The notes beneath the pieces were generated by a model. That model did no database searches. It was not told the origin of the DNA and saw only the letters and a program-made list of their open reading frames with translations. The position numbers and the translations under genes were made by a program. From the NCBI GenBank assembly GCA_021325135.1, contig JAJPHT010000033.1:15129-79128 (forward strand): a DNA stretch of 64,000 nucleotides, in the 5' to 3' direction. How positions within the stretch are numbered: the stretch's first letter is position 1; each line of letters opens with the position of its first letter. Origin of the DNA: Pseudomonadota bacterium. GTDB taxonomy: Archaea; Thermoplasmatota; SW-10-69-26; JACQPN01; JAJPHT01. Shown here in pieces: positions 26,420-36,053 of the stretch.

Positions 26420-27280
26420 ATGCGGCGCCTCGCGGCCGCCCTCGCCCTCCTCGCGCTCCTCGCGCCCCTCGCGGCGGCGCAGGAGCGCATCAACCCCATC
26501 CAGGGGGCCTACGGGGAGGTCTACGTCATCGCGGGGCGCGCCCTCGACGCCGACGGCAACCCCATCGTGCGCGGCACGGTGACCGCCTCCCTGGACTCGC
26601 CCGGCGTGCAGGCCACGCCCCTCTCCATCGGGACCGACTGCTACGGCACGTTCTTCGGCTACTACACGCTCCACGCGGTGAACCCCAAGGGCTCCATCAC
26701 GGTCGCGATCAAGGGGCCCGACGGCGAGGGCTCGCAGAGCAAGGGGCTGGACCCGTTCTTCCGGCGCTCCGACTTCCTGCTGCGCTACCCGGGCCACACG
26801 CAGGGCGCGTGCCCCGACGCGCAGCCCACCCCGTGGGGCTCGCGCGCCACCGTGAGCGGCCGCCTGCTGGAGCGCGTGCCCTCCTACGACCCTGGCACCG
26901 GGAGCCTGGACGCGCGGCCCTTCCAGGGGTACGTGCGCCTCGCCCTCGTGCTCAAGGACGGCAGCCGCTTCTGCCCGCCCTCGCAGCAGGGCGCCACGCT
27001 CTGCGAGCCCATCCCCGTGGACGAGCGCGGCGACTTCCGCTACTCGTGGACGTTCAACGACGCGTTCAACGCCACGGGCCACGTGGAGGTCGTCGCGGGG
27101 AACCGCACCTTCAACGAGACGCTGGACCCCGTCTACCGCATCGCGTGGGCCGACGAGGAGACCACCGGCCAGGGCCCTCCCGCCCCGGCGCCCACGCCCT
27201 TGCCGCCGGTCCTGGCGCTCGCGGCCGTCGCGGTGGCGGCCTTCGCGGCCCGAAGGCTTCTTCCCGGGCACCCCCGATGA
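26420..27280 (+). CDS. Secreted paralog of the upstream protein with a C-terminal sorting-signal-like tail
   Basis: YVIAGRALD...TDCYGTF...DPFFR; tail TPLPPVLALAAVAVAAFAARR. Confidence 0.8.
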   Translation: MRRLAAALALLALLAPLAAAQERINPIQGAYGEVYVIAGRALDADGNPIVRGTVTASLDSPGVQATPLSIGTDCYGTFFGYYTLHAVNPKGSITVAIKGPDGEGSQSKGLDPFFRRSDFLLRYPGHTQGACPDAQPTPWGSRATVSGRLLERVPSYDPGTGSLDARPFQGYVRLALVLKDGSRFCPPSQQGATLCEPIPVDERGDFRYSWTFNDAFNATGHVEVVAGNRTFNETLDPVYRIAWADEETTGQGPPAPAPTPLPPVLALAAVAVAAFAARRLLPGHPR

Positions 27281-27287
27281 GCCGCGC

Positions 27288-28502
27288 GTGAACCTGCCCA
27301 CCCTCGCGGACGTCGAGGAGGCGCGCAAGCGCCTCGCGGGCGTCTCGCACCACACGCCCCTGGAGCCCTCCGGCACCTTCAGCGAGATGACGGGCGCCGA
27401 CGTGTGGCTGAAGCTGGAGAACCTCCAGCGCACGGGCTCGTTCAAGATCCGCGGCGCGTACAACAAGATCGCCAGCATCGACCCCGCCGCGCGCGCCCGC
27501 GGCGTCGTGGCCGCCAGCGCGGGCAACCACGCGCAGGGCGTCGCCCTCGCGGCGAAGCTCACCGGCGTCCCCGCCACCATCGTCATGCCCGAGCGCGCGA
27601 GCCTCGCCAAGGCGGAGGCGGTGCGCGGCTACGGCGCGGACCTCATCCTCTTCGGGAAGGACTACAACGAGGCCGAGGCCAAGGCCAAGGAGGTGGGCGC
27701 CCAGCGCGGACAGACCTTCGTCCACGCCTTCGACGACCCCCTCGTCATCGCGGGCCAGGGCACGCTGGGGCTGGAGATCCTCGACGACCTGCCCGACGCG
27801 CAGACCATCATCGTGCCCGTGGGCGGAGGCGGCCTCATCGCGGGGGTCGCCACCGCCATCAAGGCGAAGCGCCCCGACGCGCGCATCGTCGCCGTGGAGC
27901 CCACCGGCGCGGCGAAGCTCCCCGACTCGCTCCACAAGGGGACCATCCAGACGCTCAGCGGCGTCAACACCATCGCGGACGGCCTCGCCACGCGCCGCGT
28001 GGGCGAGCTGACGTTCCCCATCATCCGGCGCCACGTCCACGAGACGGCGACGGTGGACGACGACGTCATCGCGCTGGCGACGCTGCTCCTCCTGGAGCGC
28101 GCCAAGACGCTGGTGGAGGGCGCGGGCGCCGCCGCGCTGGCGGCCCTCATCTCGGGCAAGGTCAAGGTGGAGAAGGGGGAGAAGGTCGCGGTCGTCTGCT
28201 CGGGCGGCAACATCGACGTGACCCTTCTCGACCAGGTCATCCAGCGCGGCCTCGCGCAGACGGGCCGCGCCGTGCGCCTGCGCACCGTCCTCGACGACCG
28301 CCCCGGCGCGCTGCGCGATCTGCTGGCCACCGTCGCGGCGACGGGCGCCAACGTGGAGAGCATCGAGCACGACCGCGCCCGGGGCGACGTCGCCCTGGGC
28401 AAGGCCGAGGTGCTCCTCAAGCTCGACACGCGCGGCCCCGACCACGTCGCGCAGGTCATCCGCGCGCTGGCCGAGAAGGGCTACCGCGTCGCGCGCGAGT
28501 GA
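27288..28502 (+). CDS. ilvA: Threonine ammonia-lyase with ACT domain
   Basis: KLENLQRTGSFKIRGA, SAGNHAQG, VGGGGL, SGGNID, LDDRPG. Confidence 0.95.
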   Translation: MNLPTLADVEEARKRLAGVSHHTPLEPSGTFSEMTGADVWLKLENLQRTGSFKIRGAYNKIASIDPAARARGVVAASAGNHAQGVALAAKLTGVPATIVMPERASLAKAEAVRGYGADLILFGKDYNEAEAKAKEVGAQRGQTFVHAFDDPLVIAGQGTLGLEILDDLPDAQTIIVPVGGGGLIAGVATAIKAKRPDARIVAVEPTGAAKLPDSLHKGTIQTLSGVNTIADGLATRRVGELTFPIIRRHVHETATVDDDVIALATLLLLERAKTLVEGAGAAALAALISGKVKVEKGEKVAVVCSGGNIDVTLLDQVIQRGLAQTGRAVRLRTVLDDRPGALRDLLATVAATGANVESIEHDRARGDVALGKAEVLLKLDTRGPDHVAQVIRALAEKGYRVARE

Positions 28503-28508
28503 GGGCCC

Positions 28509-29171
28509 TCAGAAGCCCAGCGTCGTCGCGGGGAAGTCGGAGGGCACCGTGGCGGGCTCGGGCGGCGTGAGGATGATGCGCACCAGCTCCGCGGCGCGCG
28601 CGGGCTCCTGGACGGGCAGCATGCGCTCCTCGCCCTCGCCGGTCGCCACCGCCTCGAACACCTGGCAGAAGCGGTCCACGACGCCACATTGGAAGCTCGC
28701 GCGGTGGCGGATGAGCGTCTTCGTCACGGCCTGCTCGTCCAGCAGGCGGTAGATGCTCTCGCGGCCGCGCGGCTCGCGCCCCAGCACCTCCGCGTCCACC
28801 ATCTTCGCCAGGTGGAACGAGAGCGTGGAGGGGCTCACGCCGACGTGCTCCAGGATCGCCTTGTGGCTCATCTCCTTGCGGAACAGCAGGAGGATCGCGA
28901 TGGTGCGCGGCACCTCGTGGCGCAGGACGCTGATCACGTCCTTCTCCTTGCGGCCGATGAGGTTCTTCACGAAATAGCGGCTGAACTTCCCGTCCTTCTT
29001 GACGACGACGAGGTCCAGCTTCTCGAGGTAGTTGAGGTGATAGAGGACCTGGCCGAAGGGAAGCTTCACCGCGCGGTGCACGCCCCGCAGGTGCGTGCCG
29101 GGCGTCGCCAGGATGTACTCGTAGATCTGACGGCGCGCATCCAGCTCGAGGGCTTCTTCCTTGGTCTTCAT
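28509..29171 (-). CDS. Double winged-helix transcription regulator (archaeal ArsR-like)
   Basis: RRQIYEYILATPGTHLR...YHLNYLEK; second HTH SPSTLSFHLAKM. Confidence 0.85.
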   Translation of the reverse strand: MKTKEEALELDARRQIYEYILATPGTHLRGVHRAVKLPFGQVLYHLNYLEKLDLVVVKKDGKFSRYFVKNLIGRKEKDVISVLRHEVPRTIAILLLFRKEMSHKAILEHVGVSPSTLSFHLAKMVDAEVLGREPRGRESIYRLLDEQAVTKTLIRHRASFQCGVVDRFCQVFEAVATGEGEERMLPVQEPARAAELVRIILTPPEPATVPSDFPATTLGF

Positions 29172-29403
29172 TGGGCATCCCTGTGAGGCTCTGCGCCAAC
29201 GCCCGTGGGAGTCTCCTCAAGCGTTTTGGAGCAACCCTCGGGGGGACTCGCTCGCCAGGCGCCGATCCTTCGACGCCTGTCCAGTACGTGCGCCGGAGCC
29301 GCAGCGTGCAGGCGGGCGCAGGGCCCCTCTCCGCGCGGGCCCGCGCCCCCGCGCCAAAGGCTTATAGCCGGGAAGTCCGCCTCCCCGCGAGAGCCCCCGT
29401 CCC

Positions 29404-30522
29404 ATGGCCATCGACGACGACATCGCGGCCATCGAGGCCGAGATCGGGAAGACCCAGTACAACAAGGCCACGCAGGGCCACATCGGGAAGCTCAAGGCCA
29501 AGCTCGCGCGCCTGCGCGAGGAGAAGGAGAAGCGCGCCGCGGCGGGCGGCGGCGGGGGGCAGGGCGGCTACGACGTCAAGAAGAGCGGCATGGCCTCCGT
29601 CGCGCTGGTGGGCTTCCCCAGCGTGGGCAAGTCGACGCTGCTCAACAAGCTGACGGGCACCGAGAGCGAGGTCGCGGCCTACGCGTTCACGACGCTCACG
29701 TGCATCCCGGGCATGCTGCACCACAAGCACGCCGACATCCAGATCCTCGACCTTCCCGGCCTCATCCGCGGCGCGGCGGGCGGCAAGGGTCGCGGCCGCG
29801 AGGTCATCGCCGTCGTGCGGACGACCGACCTCGTGCTGCTGGTCGCCGACGCGCTCCACCCCGAGCAGATCTTCGTCATCGTGGACGAGCTCTACGACGC
29901 GAACATCCGCCTGAACCGCCAGCCGGCGGACATCAAGCTCTACAAGTCGCGCCAGCGCGGCGGCATCAACGTGAGCTTCACCGTCCCGCAGAGCAAGGGG
30001 CTCGACGAGGACGTCGTCAAGGACATGGTCAAGGAGTACGGCATCGTCAACGCCGACGTGGTCGTGCGCCAGGACGCGACGGTGGACGAGCTCATCGACG
30101 TGCTGGCCGGCAACCGCACGTACATCCAGGCCATGGTCGCCCTCAACAAGGTCGACCTCCAGGACCTCGACTACACCAAGGCCACCATCAAGATGTTCCA
30201 GGACCGCGGCTGGCCCGTGGCCCCCATCGCCGCGAAGAAGGGGCTGGGCATCGACCAGCTCAAGGACGTCATCTACGACGAGCTTCGCTTCATGCGCGTC
30301 TTCATGAAGCCCCAGGGCGGCGAGGCCGACATGGACGTGCCCCTCGTCATCAAGAGCGGCAGCGACGTGGGCCTCGTCTGCGACGCGCTGCACCGCGACT
30401 TCCGTCTCAAGTTCCGCTACGCCATCGTGACCGGGCCCTCGGCCAAGTTCGCCAACCAGATCGTGGGGATCGATCACGTTTTGCGTGATGGGGATGTGCT
30501 GACGCTCGTCCTGAGGCGGTAG
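29404..30522 (+). CDS. DRG/Rbg-family OBG GTPase with TGS domain
   Basis: [37 protein letters not shown]. Confidence 0.95.
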   Translation: MAIDDDIAAIEAEIGKTQYNKATQGHIGKLKAKLARLREEKEKRAAAGGGGGQGGYDVKKSGMASVALVGFPSVGKSTLLNKLTGTESEVAAYAFTTLTCIPGMLHHKHADIQILDLPGLIRGAAGGKGRGREVIAVVRTTDLVLLVADALHPEQIFVIVDELYDANIRLNRQPADIKLYKSRQRGGINVSFTVPQSKGLDEDVVKDMVKEYGIVNADVVVRQDATVDELIDVLAGNRTYIQAMVALNKVDLQDLDYTKATIKMFQDRGWPVAPIAAKKGLGIDQLKDVIYDELRFMRVFMKPQGGEADMDVPLVIKSGSDVGLVCDALHRDFRLKFRYAIVTGPSAKFANQIVGIDHVLRDGDVLTLVLRR

Positions 30523-30678
30523 CCGAAGGACGAGAGCGTCAGCACATCCCCATCACGCAAAACGTGATCGACAGGCCGAACCCGACGAGCGGCCCTTGGG
30601 CCGCGAGGAGAGGAATTCGGCCGTGTCGACCACGTCCTCAAGGGCGGGGACGTGCTGACGCTGGTTCTCAGGCGTTGG
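30470..30678. repeat. Three copies of the GTPase 3' end (direct, inverted, diverged direct)
   Basis: 30470-30507 is a perfect 38-bp inverted repeat of 30534-30571; 30625-30678 encodes [18 protein letters not shown]. Confidence 0.92.
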
Positions 30679-30696
30679 AACCACGGGCGAGCCTTC

Positions 30697-32238
30697 ATGG
30701 TGAAGGCCCCATGGGGGAGCGCCGTGGCCAGCCCCACCCTCTCCGAGCGGGCCTTCGCCCAGCTCCTGGAAGCCGCCCCCGACGCCATGGTCATCGTGGA
30801 CCACGGGGGGAGCATCGTGCTCGTCAACGCGCAGGCCGAGCGCCTATTCGGCCGCCCCCGCGAGCGGATGCTCGGCCAGCCCCTGGAGACGCTGCTGCCC
30901 CACCGTTTTCGCGGAGCGCACGCGGAGCATCGCGCCGGCTTCTTCGCCGACCCGCGCGTGAGGCCCATGGGCGCGGGGCTCGACCTCTGGGCGCTGCGCG
31001 AGGACGGCTCGGAGATCCCCGTGGAGATCAGCCTCTCGCCGCTTCGCACCGACGAGGGGACGCTCGTCACGGCGGCCATCCGTGACGTGTCGGAGCGGCG
31101 AGGCGCCGAGGCCAAGTTCCGCGGCCTGCTGGAGTCGGCGCCCGACGCCATGGTCATCGTGGACGCGGAGGGGCGCGTCGTGCTGGCCAACGCGCAGGTG
31201 GAGACGATGTTCGGCTGGCGCCGCGAGGACCTCCTGGGCCAGCCCGTGGAGGCGCTCATCCCCGAGCGCCTGCGCGGCCGGCACGTGGGGCACCGCGGCG
31301 CGTTCTTCGCCGCGCCGCGCGTGCGCCCCATGGGCGCCGGGCTGGAGCTCTACGGCCTGCGCCGCGACGGCTCCGAGTTCCCCGTGGAGATCAGCCTCTC
31401 GCCCCTGGAGACGCCGGAGGGCACGCTGGTCACGGCCGCCATCCGCGACGTCACGCAGCGGCGGCGCGTGGAGGAGGCGAACTCGCGCCTGGCCGCCATC
31501 GTCGCCGGCTCGCTGGACGGCATCGTGGGCAAGGACCTGGAGGGGCGCATCACAAGCTGGAACCCCGGCGCGGAGCGCCTCTTCGGCTACGCGGCGGAGG
31601 AGGTGCTGGGGAGGTCCGTCATGCTCCTCGTGCCCCCCGAGCGGCGCGAGGAGGAGCAGCGCATCATGGATCGCGTGGGCCGCGGCGAGGCCATCCACGA
31701 GCTGGTCGTCGAGCGCGTCCGCAAGGACGGCTCGCGCGTGCCCGTCGCGCTCACGGCGACGCCCATCCGCGACGCCTCGGGGCGCGTCGTGGGCGTCGCG
31801 TCCATCAAGCACGACATCACGGAGCGCCTGCGCGCCGAGAAGGCCATGCGCGCCCAGACGCTCGCGCGCCCGCTGGTCGTGCGCATCATGGGCGCGCTCC
31901 TGGAGCGCGTGGCCACGCCGGGCCCCGTCGTCGCGCAGATCGGCCGCGACCTCGCGCGGGAGATCCGCCTCACGACGCCCGAAGAGTACGCCGAGGCGTT
32001 CACGTCGCTGGGCCTGGGGCGGCTCGCGCTGGAGTCCATCTCCGGCAGCACGTACTCGTTCACGGGGGACGACCTCCTGGGTCGCGTCGCCCGCTCCTCG
32101 CAGCCCACCTGCCACCTGGCGCTGGGCTTCCTCGAAGGCGCGGTGGCGATCATGCACGGCCGGCCCGCGCTGGGGGCCGAGGTCCGCTGCCAGTCGCAGG
32201 GGCACGAGCACTGCCGCTTCGTGGTGAAGCCGCGCTGA
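30697..32238 (+). CDS. Triple-PAS sensor with C-terminal V4R domain
   Basis: Repeated APDAMVIVD...NAQ...FG...[12 protein letters not shown]; V4[12 protein letters not shown]...[14 protein letters not shown]; start uncertain (30697 or 30724). Confidence 0.87.
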   Translation: MVKAPWGSAVASPTLSERAFAQLLEAAPDAMVIVDHGGSIVLVNAQAERLFGRPRERMLGQPLETLLPHRFRGAHAEHRAGFFADPRVRPMGAGLDLWALREDGSEIPVEISLSPLRTDEGTLVTAAIRDVSERRGAEAKFRGLLESAPDAMVIVDAEGRVVLANAQVETMFGWRREDLLGQPVEALIPERLRGRHVGHRGAFFAAPRVRPMGAGLELYGLRRDGSEFPVEISLSPLETPEGTLVTAAIRDVTQRRRVEEANSRLAAIVAGSLDGIVGKDLEGRITSWNPGAERLFGYAAEEVLGRSVMLLVPPERREEEQRIMDRVGRGEAIHELVVERVRKDGSRVPVALTATPIRDASGRVVGVASIKHDITERLRAEKAMRAQTLARPLVVRIMGALLERVATPGPVVAQIGRDLAREIRLTTPEEYAEAFTSLGLGRLALESISGSTYSFTGDDLLGRVARSSQPTCHLALGFLEGAVAIMHGRPALGAEVRCQSQGHEHCRFVVKPR

Positions 32239-32241
32239 GCC

Positions 32242-32490
32242 TCACATGCGCGGCATGGGCCGGCGCGCGGAGGAGCGCCAGCCGCCGCGCGTGCGGGGCC
32301 GCAGGAAGAAGAGCGCGAAGAGGAGCGCCCACGTGGCAAGCTGCCACAGGACGAGGGGGACGACCACCTCGGGCGGGAGCGGCAGGTGTCGAAGGACGGG
32401 CGGCACGTAGCTTCCAGCCAACGCGCCCAGGACGACGAGGCCCGCGCCCAGGACGAGGAAGAAAGAGCCCACGACGGGATGGGAGCGCAC
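32242..32490 (-). CDS. Small two-TM membrane protein
   Basis: Two hydrophobic segments, GTG start. Confidence 0.6.
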   Translation of the reverse strand: MRSHPVVGSFFLVLGAGLVVLGALAGSYVPPVLRHLPLPPEVVVPLVLWQLATWALLFALFFLRPRTRGGWRSSARRPMPRM

Positions 32491-32529
32491 GGCCCCCTCT
32501 CCAGCCGACAGAGGGAACTCGCTTCTGGT

Positions 32530-34065
32530 TCAGAAATCGCTGAGGCTCCTCTGCCGCTTGCCTGCTTCCTTGGGCGCCTCCTTCGCGGCGGCCTTCGCGG
32601 GCGCCGCGGGCTTCGGGGGCTCCTCGTCCTCGTCGGCCGCGGCGGCGGGGGGCGCGGCGGAGTCGTCCTCCTCGTCCTCCACGGGCGCGGCGTCCTCGTC
32701 CTCGGACCCCGCGAAGCGCGAGAAGGCGGCGGAGCCCTGCAGGATGCGCACGGGCACGCTGAACTTCTTGGGCGCCTCCTCCAGGATGCGCTTCACGCGC
32801 GGGCTCGTCGCCTTGTCCTCCAGGAGATAGGCCAGCTCCTCGGCGGTCAGCTCCAGGCGCCACGCGGCCCACGTGGCGAACGCCTCGTCCTGCATGAGCG
32901 CCTTGAGGTAGGGGAGCTGGTCCGCGAGGACGCGGTGCGGGCTCGTGTGGATGGCGGCGCCGATCTTCGTCGCGACGCCGTCGCGCAGCGCGCGCGCCGC
33001 CTTGCTGGCGCTCTGCTTGGAGAGCCAGCGCGGGAACGCGGGGCGCGCGCCGGCGGGGCGCTGGTGCTTCGCCGCCGCGACGCCGCTGGTCATCAATTCG
33101 CCCGCGTAGCTCCACATGCCGTAGTCCTGCCGCCGCTGGCGCCGGCCCAGGAACACGTCCGCCTTGGAGAGCGCCTTGTAGCCATCCGCCAGGTCGGCCT
33201 TGTCCAGGTAGAAGAGGGGGAGGTTCTCGTCGATCCAGAGGGCCAGCTCCTCCGGCGTGAGGTCCAGGTCCCACGAGCCCTTGCGCGCCTCGGCCGCGTC
33301 CTTGGCGAAGAACACGCTGGGGATGTACCCCCAGATGTCGCCCGACGTGTCGCGCTTGCCCATGGCCTTGACGGCCTCCAGCGTCACCTCGGAGCGCCCC
33401 ATGGCGAGCGCCTGGAGGTCGCGCACCGCGGCGCGGATGTCGCCCCCCGCGTTCTCGGCGAGCGCCTTGTCGACGCCCTCCTCCAGGTGGATGCCCTCCT
33501 TGGCCGCGATGCCGCGCAGGGCCTTGGGGATGCTCGTGGAGGGGCGCGTGAACTTCACCGTGCGGCAGAGCGTCTTCAACGACGAGCCGCGGCGCGTCAA
33601 TTCGTAGTAGTCGTTGCAGATGAGGATGACCGGCTGCTTCGCCTCGCGCAGCGTCTCCGTGATGGCCTTCATGCCGCCGCGGTCGGCGTTGCCGAAGAGG
33701 TTGTCCGCCTCGTCGAGGATGACCACCTGCCGGCCGCCCGCCTTGGCGTTGAACGTGCCGTCGGCGCCGAAGGCGCGGTTGGTGGCGCCCGTGCCGGCGA
33801 TGCGCTTGATGACCTCCTCGTTCCTCGTGTCGGAGGCGTTGAGCTCGATGACGCCCCACCCCATGTCGTGGGCAAGCGCGTGCGCGGCGCTGGTCTTCCC
33901 GATGCCCGGCTCGCCCGCGAGGATGAGGCCGCGCTCCTCGGGCGCGCCCTTGGCCCACAGGCCGGCCCACTCCTTCATCGCCGCGACGGCGGGGCCGTTG
34001 CCCACGATCTCGTCCAGCGTCTTGGGGCGGTGCTTCTCCGTCCAGTCAAGCACGGCCGCGCTCAC
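32530..34065 (-). CDS. rfcL: Replication factor C large subunit
   Basis: DWTEKHRPKTL, GEPGIGKTS, ELNASDTR, ILDEADN, GDIRAA, WIDEN, C-terminal PIP box QRSLSDF. Confidence 0.95.
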   Translation of the reverse strand: MSAAVLDWTEKHRPKTLDEIVGNGPAVAAMKEWAGLWAKGAPEERGLILAGEPGIGKTSAAHALAHDMGWGVIELNASDTRNEEVIKRIAGTGATNRAFGADGTFNAKAGGRQVVILDEADNLFGNADRGGMKAITETLREAKQPVILICNDYYELTRRGSSLKTLCRTVKFTRPSTSIPKALRGIAAKEGIHLEEGVDKALAENAGGDIRAAVRDLQALAMGRSEVTLEAVKAMGKRDTSGDIWGYIPSVFFAKDAAEARKGSWDLDLTPEELALWIDENLPLFYLDKADLADGYKALSKADVFLGRRQRRQDYGMWSYAGELMTSGVAAAKHQRPAGARPAFPRWLSKQSASKAARALRDGVATKIGAAIHTSPHRVLADQLPYLKALMQDEAFATWAAWRLELTAEELAYLLEDKATSPRVKRILEEAPKKFSVPVRILQGSAAFSRFAGSEDEDAAPVEDEEDDSAAPPAAAADEDEEPPKPAAPAKAAAKEAPKEAGKRQRSLSDF

Positions 34066-34140
34066 GGACCGCGCAGGCCGCTCCTCGGGGAAAAAGGTGC
34101 GCCGCCTGCGGGGGGCCTTGATCGTGGGCTTTCCTTCTCT

Positions 34141-34196
34141 TCGTCGCGTCCAGTGGTGACGGAGGAGGAGCAAGTGGTGACGGAGGAGGAGCAAGT
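34141..34196. repeat. Dispersed repeat copy plus exact 21-bp tandem duplication
   Basis: TCGTCGCGTCCAGTGGTGAC; AGTGGTGACGGAGGAGGAGCA at 34152-34172 and 34173-34193. Confidence 0.85.
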
Positions 34197-34924
34197 CAAG
34201 GTGCCTGCGGCGGAAGGCGCCATGGAGAGGGGGGCCCGCGCTCGTCCAGGTGGCGGATGCGCCGGAGCAGGCGCGCGACAGCGTAGAGGGCGAGGACCAT
34301 GGCCAGCGCCACCGACCAGGCCGCGTCGATGCCCGCGACGGCGTTGTAGAGCGCGTGCAGCCCGATGGCCGCGACGAGGCCGCCCAGCCACGAGCCCTGC
34401 ACGGTGTGGAAGCGCGACGCCCAGATGCCGTACCCGCTGAGGGCCGTGGCCGCCGCGTGGATGCCCACGGTGGCGACGCTGCGGTAGAGCGCGGTGGCCA
34501 GGGCGAGGTCCCGCCCGCCCAGGAGGAACGCGCCGCCCACGTAGAACAGGTTCTCCACCGCCGCGAAGCCCAGGCCCGCCGCGGCGCCGTAGACGAGGCC
34601 GTCCTCGGGCTCGGGGTCCGCGTCGCGGATGGTCAGGAGGCCCATGGCCTTGGCGGACTCCTCGACGATGGGCGCGACGACGACGGAGAGGAGCGACACC
34701 TCGCCCACGAGGGTCGGGTCCGCGCCGAGGCTTCCGGCCAGCCACTCCTCGACGAGGATGGAGAGGGTCGCCGCGCCGATGGCGCCCCAGAGGAAGGCCT
34801 TGACGATGGCGCGCCACGGCTCGCGGCGCGAGCGCTCCGCGTTGCGGATGCGGACGGCCAGAAGGAGGGGCGGAATGAAGGAGACGGCGAGGAGGAGCGC
34901 GACCAGGACGAAGGCCTGGGCCAC
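34196..34924 (-). CDS. prsW: PrsW-family intramembrane metalloprotease
   Basis: REPW, APIVEESAK, DGLVYGAAAGLGFAAVENLFY, H...HALYN. Confidence 0.9.
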   Translation of the reverse strand: MAQAFVLVALLLAVSFIPPLLLAVRIRNAERSRREPWRAIVKAFLWGAIGAATLSILVEEWLAGSLGADPTLVGEVSLLSVVVAPIVEESAKAMGLLTIRDADPEPEDGLVYGAAAGLGFAAVENLFYVGGAFLLGGRDLALATALYRSVATVGIHAAATALSGYGIWASRFHTVQGSWLGGLVAAIGLHALYNAVAGIDAAWSVALAMVLALYAVARLLRRIRHLDERGPPSPWRLPPQAP

Positions 34925-34931
34925 GGGCGCC

Positions 34932-35117
34932 TCACGCGGCCTTGGGCTGGGCGAGGCTCACCAGCGTCCCCACGAGGCCGAAGCCGATGAGGGTCACGCC
35001 GACGGCGTAGACGCCCACGTCGGTCCAGTTGGAGTGGGTCGCGCCCTGCCAGACCCAGAAGATCACGCCGAGGGCCAGGAGGATGAGGGAGAGGACCGTC
35101 CAACGGTTGAACGCCAT
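34932..35117 (-). CDS. Small two-TM membrane protein
   Basis: 61 aa; AT-rich TATA-like segment ~30 nt upstream. Confidence 0.7.
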   Translation of the reverse strand: MAFNRWTVLSLILLALGVIFWVWQGATHSNWTDVGVYAVGVTLIGFGLVGTLVSLAQPKAA

Positions 35118-35177
35118 GGGAGTCGGCGGGGACTTCCGTTGGACCTAATTAAGGATTTCCCCGCCGGAGGGAGCCCC

Positions 35178-35891
35178 TCACGCGATGCCCAGGCACGAGG
35201 GCTCGCCCGCGCCGAGGCCCCACGGGGAGGGCATGGAGCAGGAGGGGTCGCTGGCGGGGCCCTCGCCGACGCCGGTCACGGCGCTCACGGCGTAGCGGTG
35301 GTCCGAGAGGGGCGTGAGGCCGTGGTCGGTCCACGAGGTGGCCGCGCCGTCGAGGGTCGCGACAAGCGCGCCGTCGCGGTACACGTCGAACGAGACGACG
35401 GGCATGCCGCCGTCGTTGGCGGGCGCGGACCACGAGAGGGCCACGTCGCCCACGCTGCCCGCGGGGCCCGGCGCGGCCTGCACGTCCTGGGGCGCGGAGG
35501 GGAGCGAGAAGGTGGTCGCGCTGGCGGGGTCGCTGGCGGGGCCCTCGCCGGTGGGGTCCGTGGCGGTCACGACGTAGGTGAAGGTGGCGCCGTTGGGAAG
35601 GCCCGCGTCGGCGAACGAGAGGGTCGACGCGTTGGTCTGGCCCGCGGGGGAGAGGGTCCCGTCGGGGGCCACGCGGTAGACCGAGTAGGAGGTGACGCCC
35701 AGGAGGCTCGTGGCGGGGCCCCAGGAGAGCGTGATCTCGCCCGCGCCGGGGCCCGCGGAGGCGGCGAGGCCCTGGGGCGCGCCGGGGCCCACGGGCGAGG
35801 GCGCGGCGGCCCACGCGAGGGGCGCCAGGAGGGAGACGGAGAGCGCGGCGACGAGGAGGGAGCGCTTGGAGAGGGGGTTTCGGGGGAGCAT
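35178..35891 (-). CDS. Secreted protein with two fibronectin type III domains
   Basis: Signal peptide; ITLSW...YSVYR...YVVTA..GEGPAS repeated twice. Confidence 0.85.
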   Translation of the reverse strand: MLPRNPLSKRSLLVAALSVSLLAPLAWAAAPSPVGPGAPQGLAASAGPGAGEITLSWGPATSLLGVTSYSVYRVAPDGTLSPAGQTNASTLSFADAGLPNGATFTYVVTATDPTGEGPASDPASATTFSLPSAPQDVQAAPGPAGSVGDVALSWSAPANDGGMPVVSFDVYRDGALVATLDGAATSWTDHGLTPLSDHRYAVSAVTGVGEGPASDPSCSMPSPWGLGAGEPSCLGIA

Positions 35892-36053
35892 TGCTATCAG
35901 CCCGCGTTGGGCAAGCCCTCGCGCCGCCTTCCGGGGGCATGCCTTGATCGGCCGGCTCCCTGGATCGTCCGGCTTCCGCAGGCCGCCAACGGGCCTGCTC
36001 CTCCCCGCGTGCAAGGCTTTTCAAGGAGGGGCCGCATCCCCGCCCGAAGCCCC

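Noticed and set aside
30760-31460. ~360-bp direct repeat
   Set aside because: Explained by tandem PAS domain duplication within one CDS.
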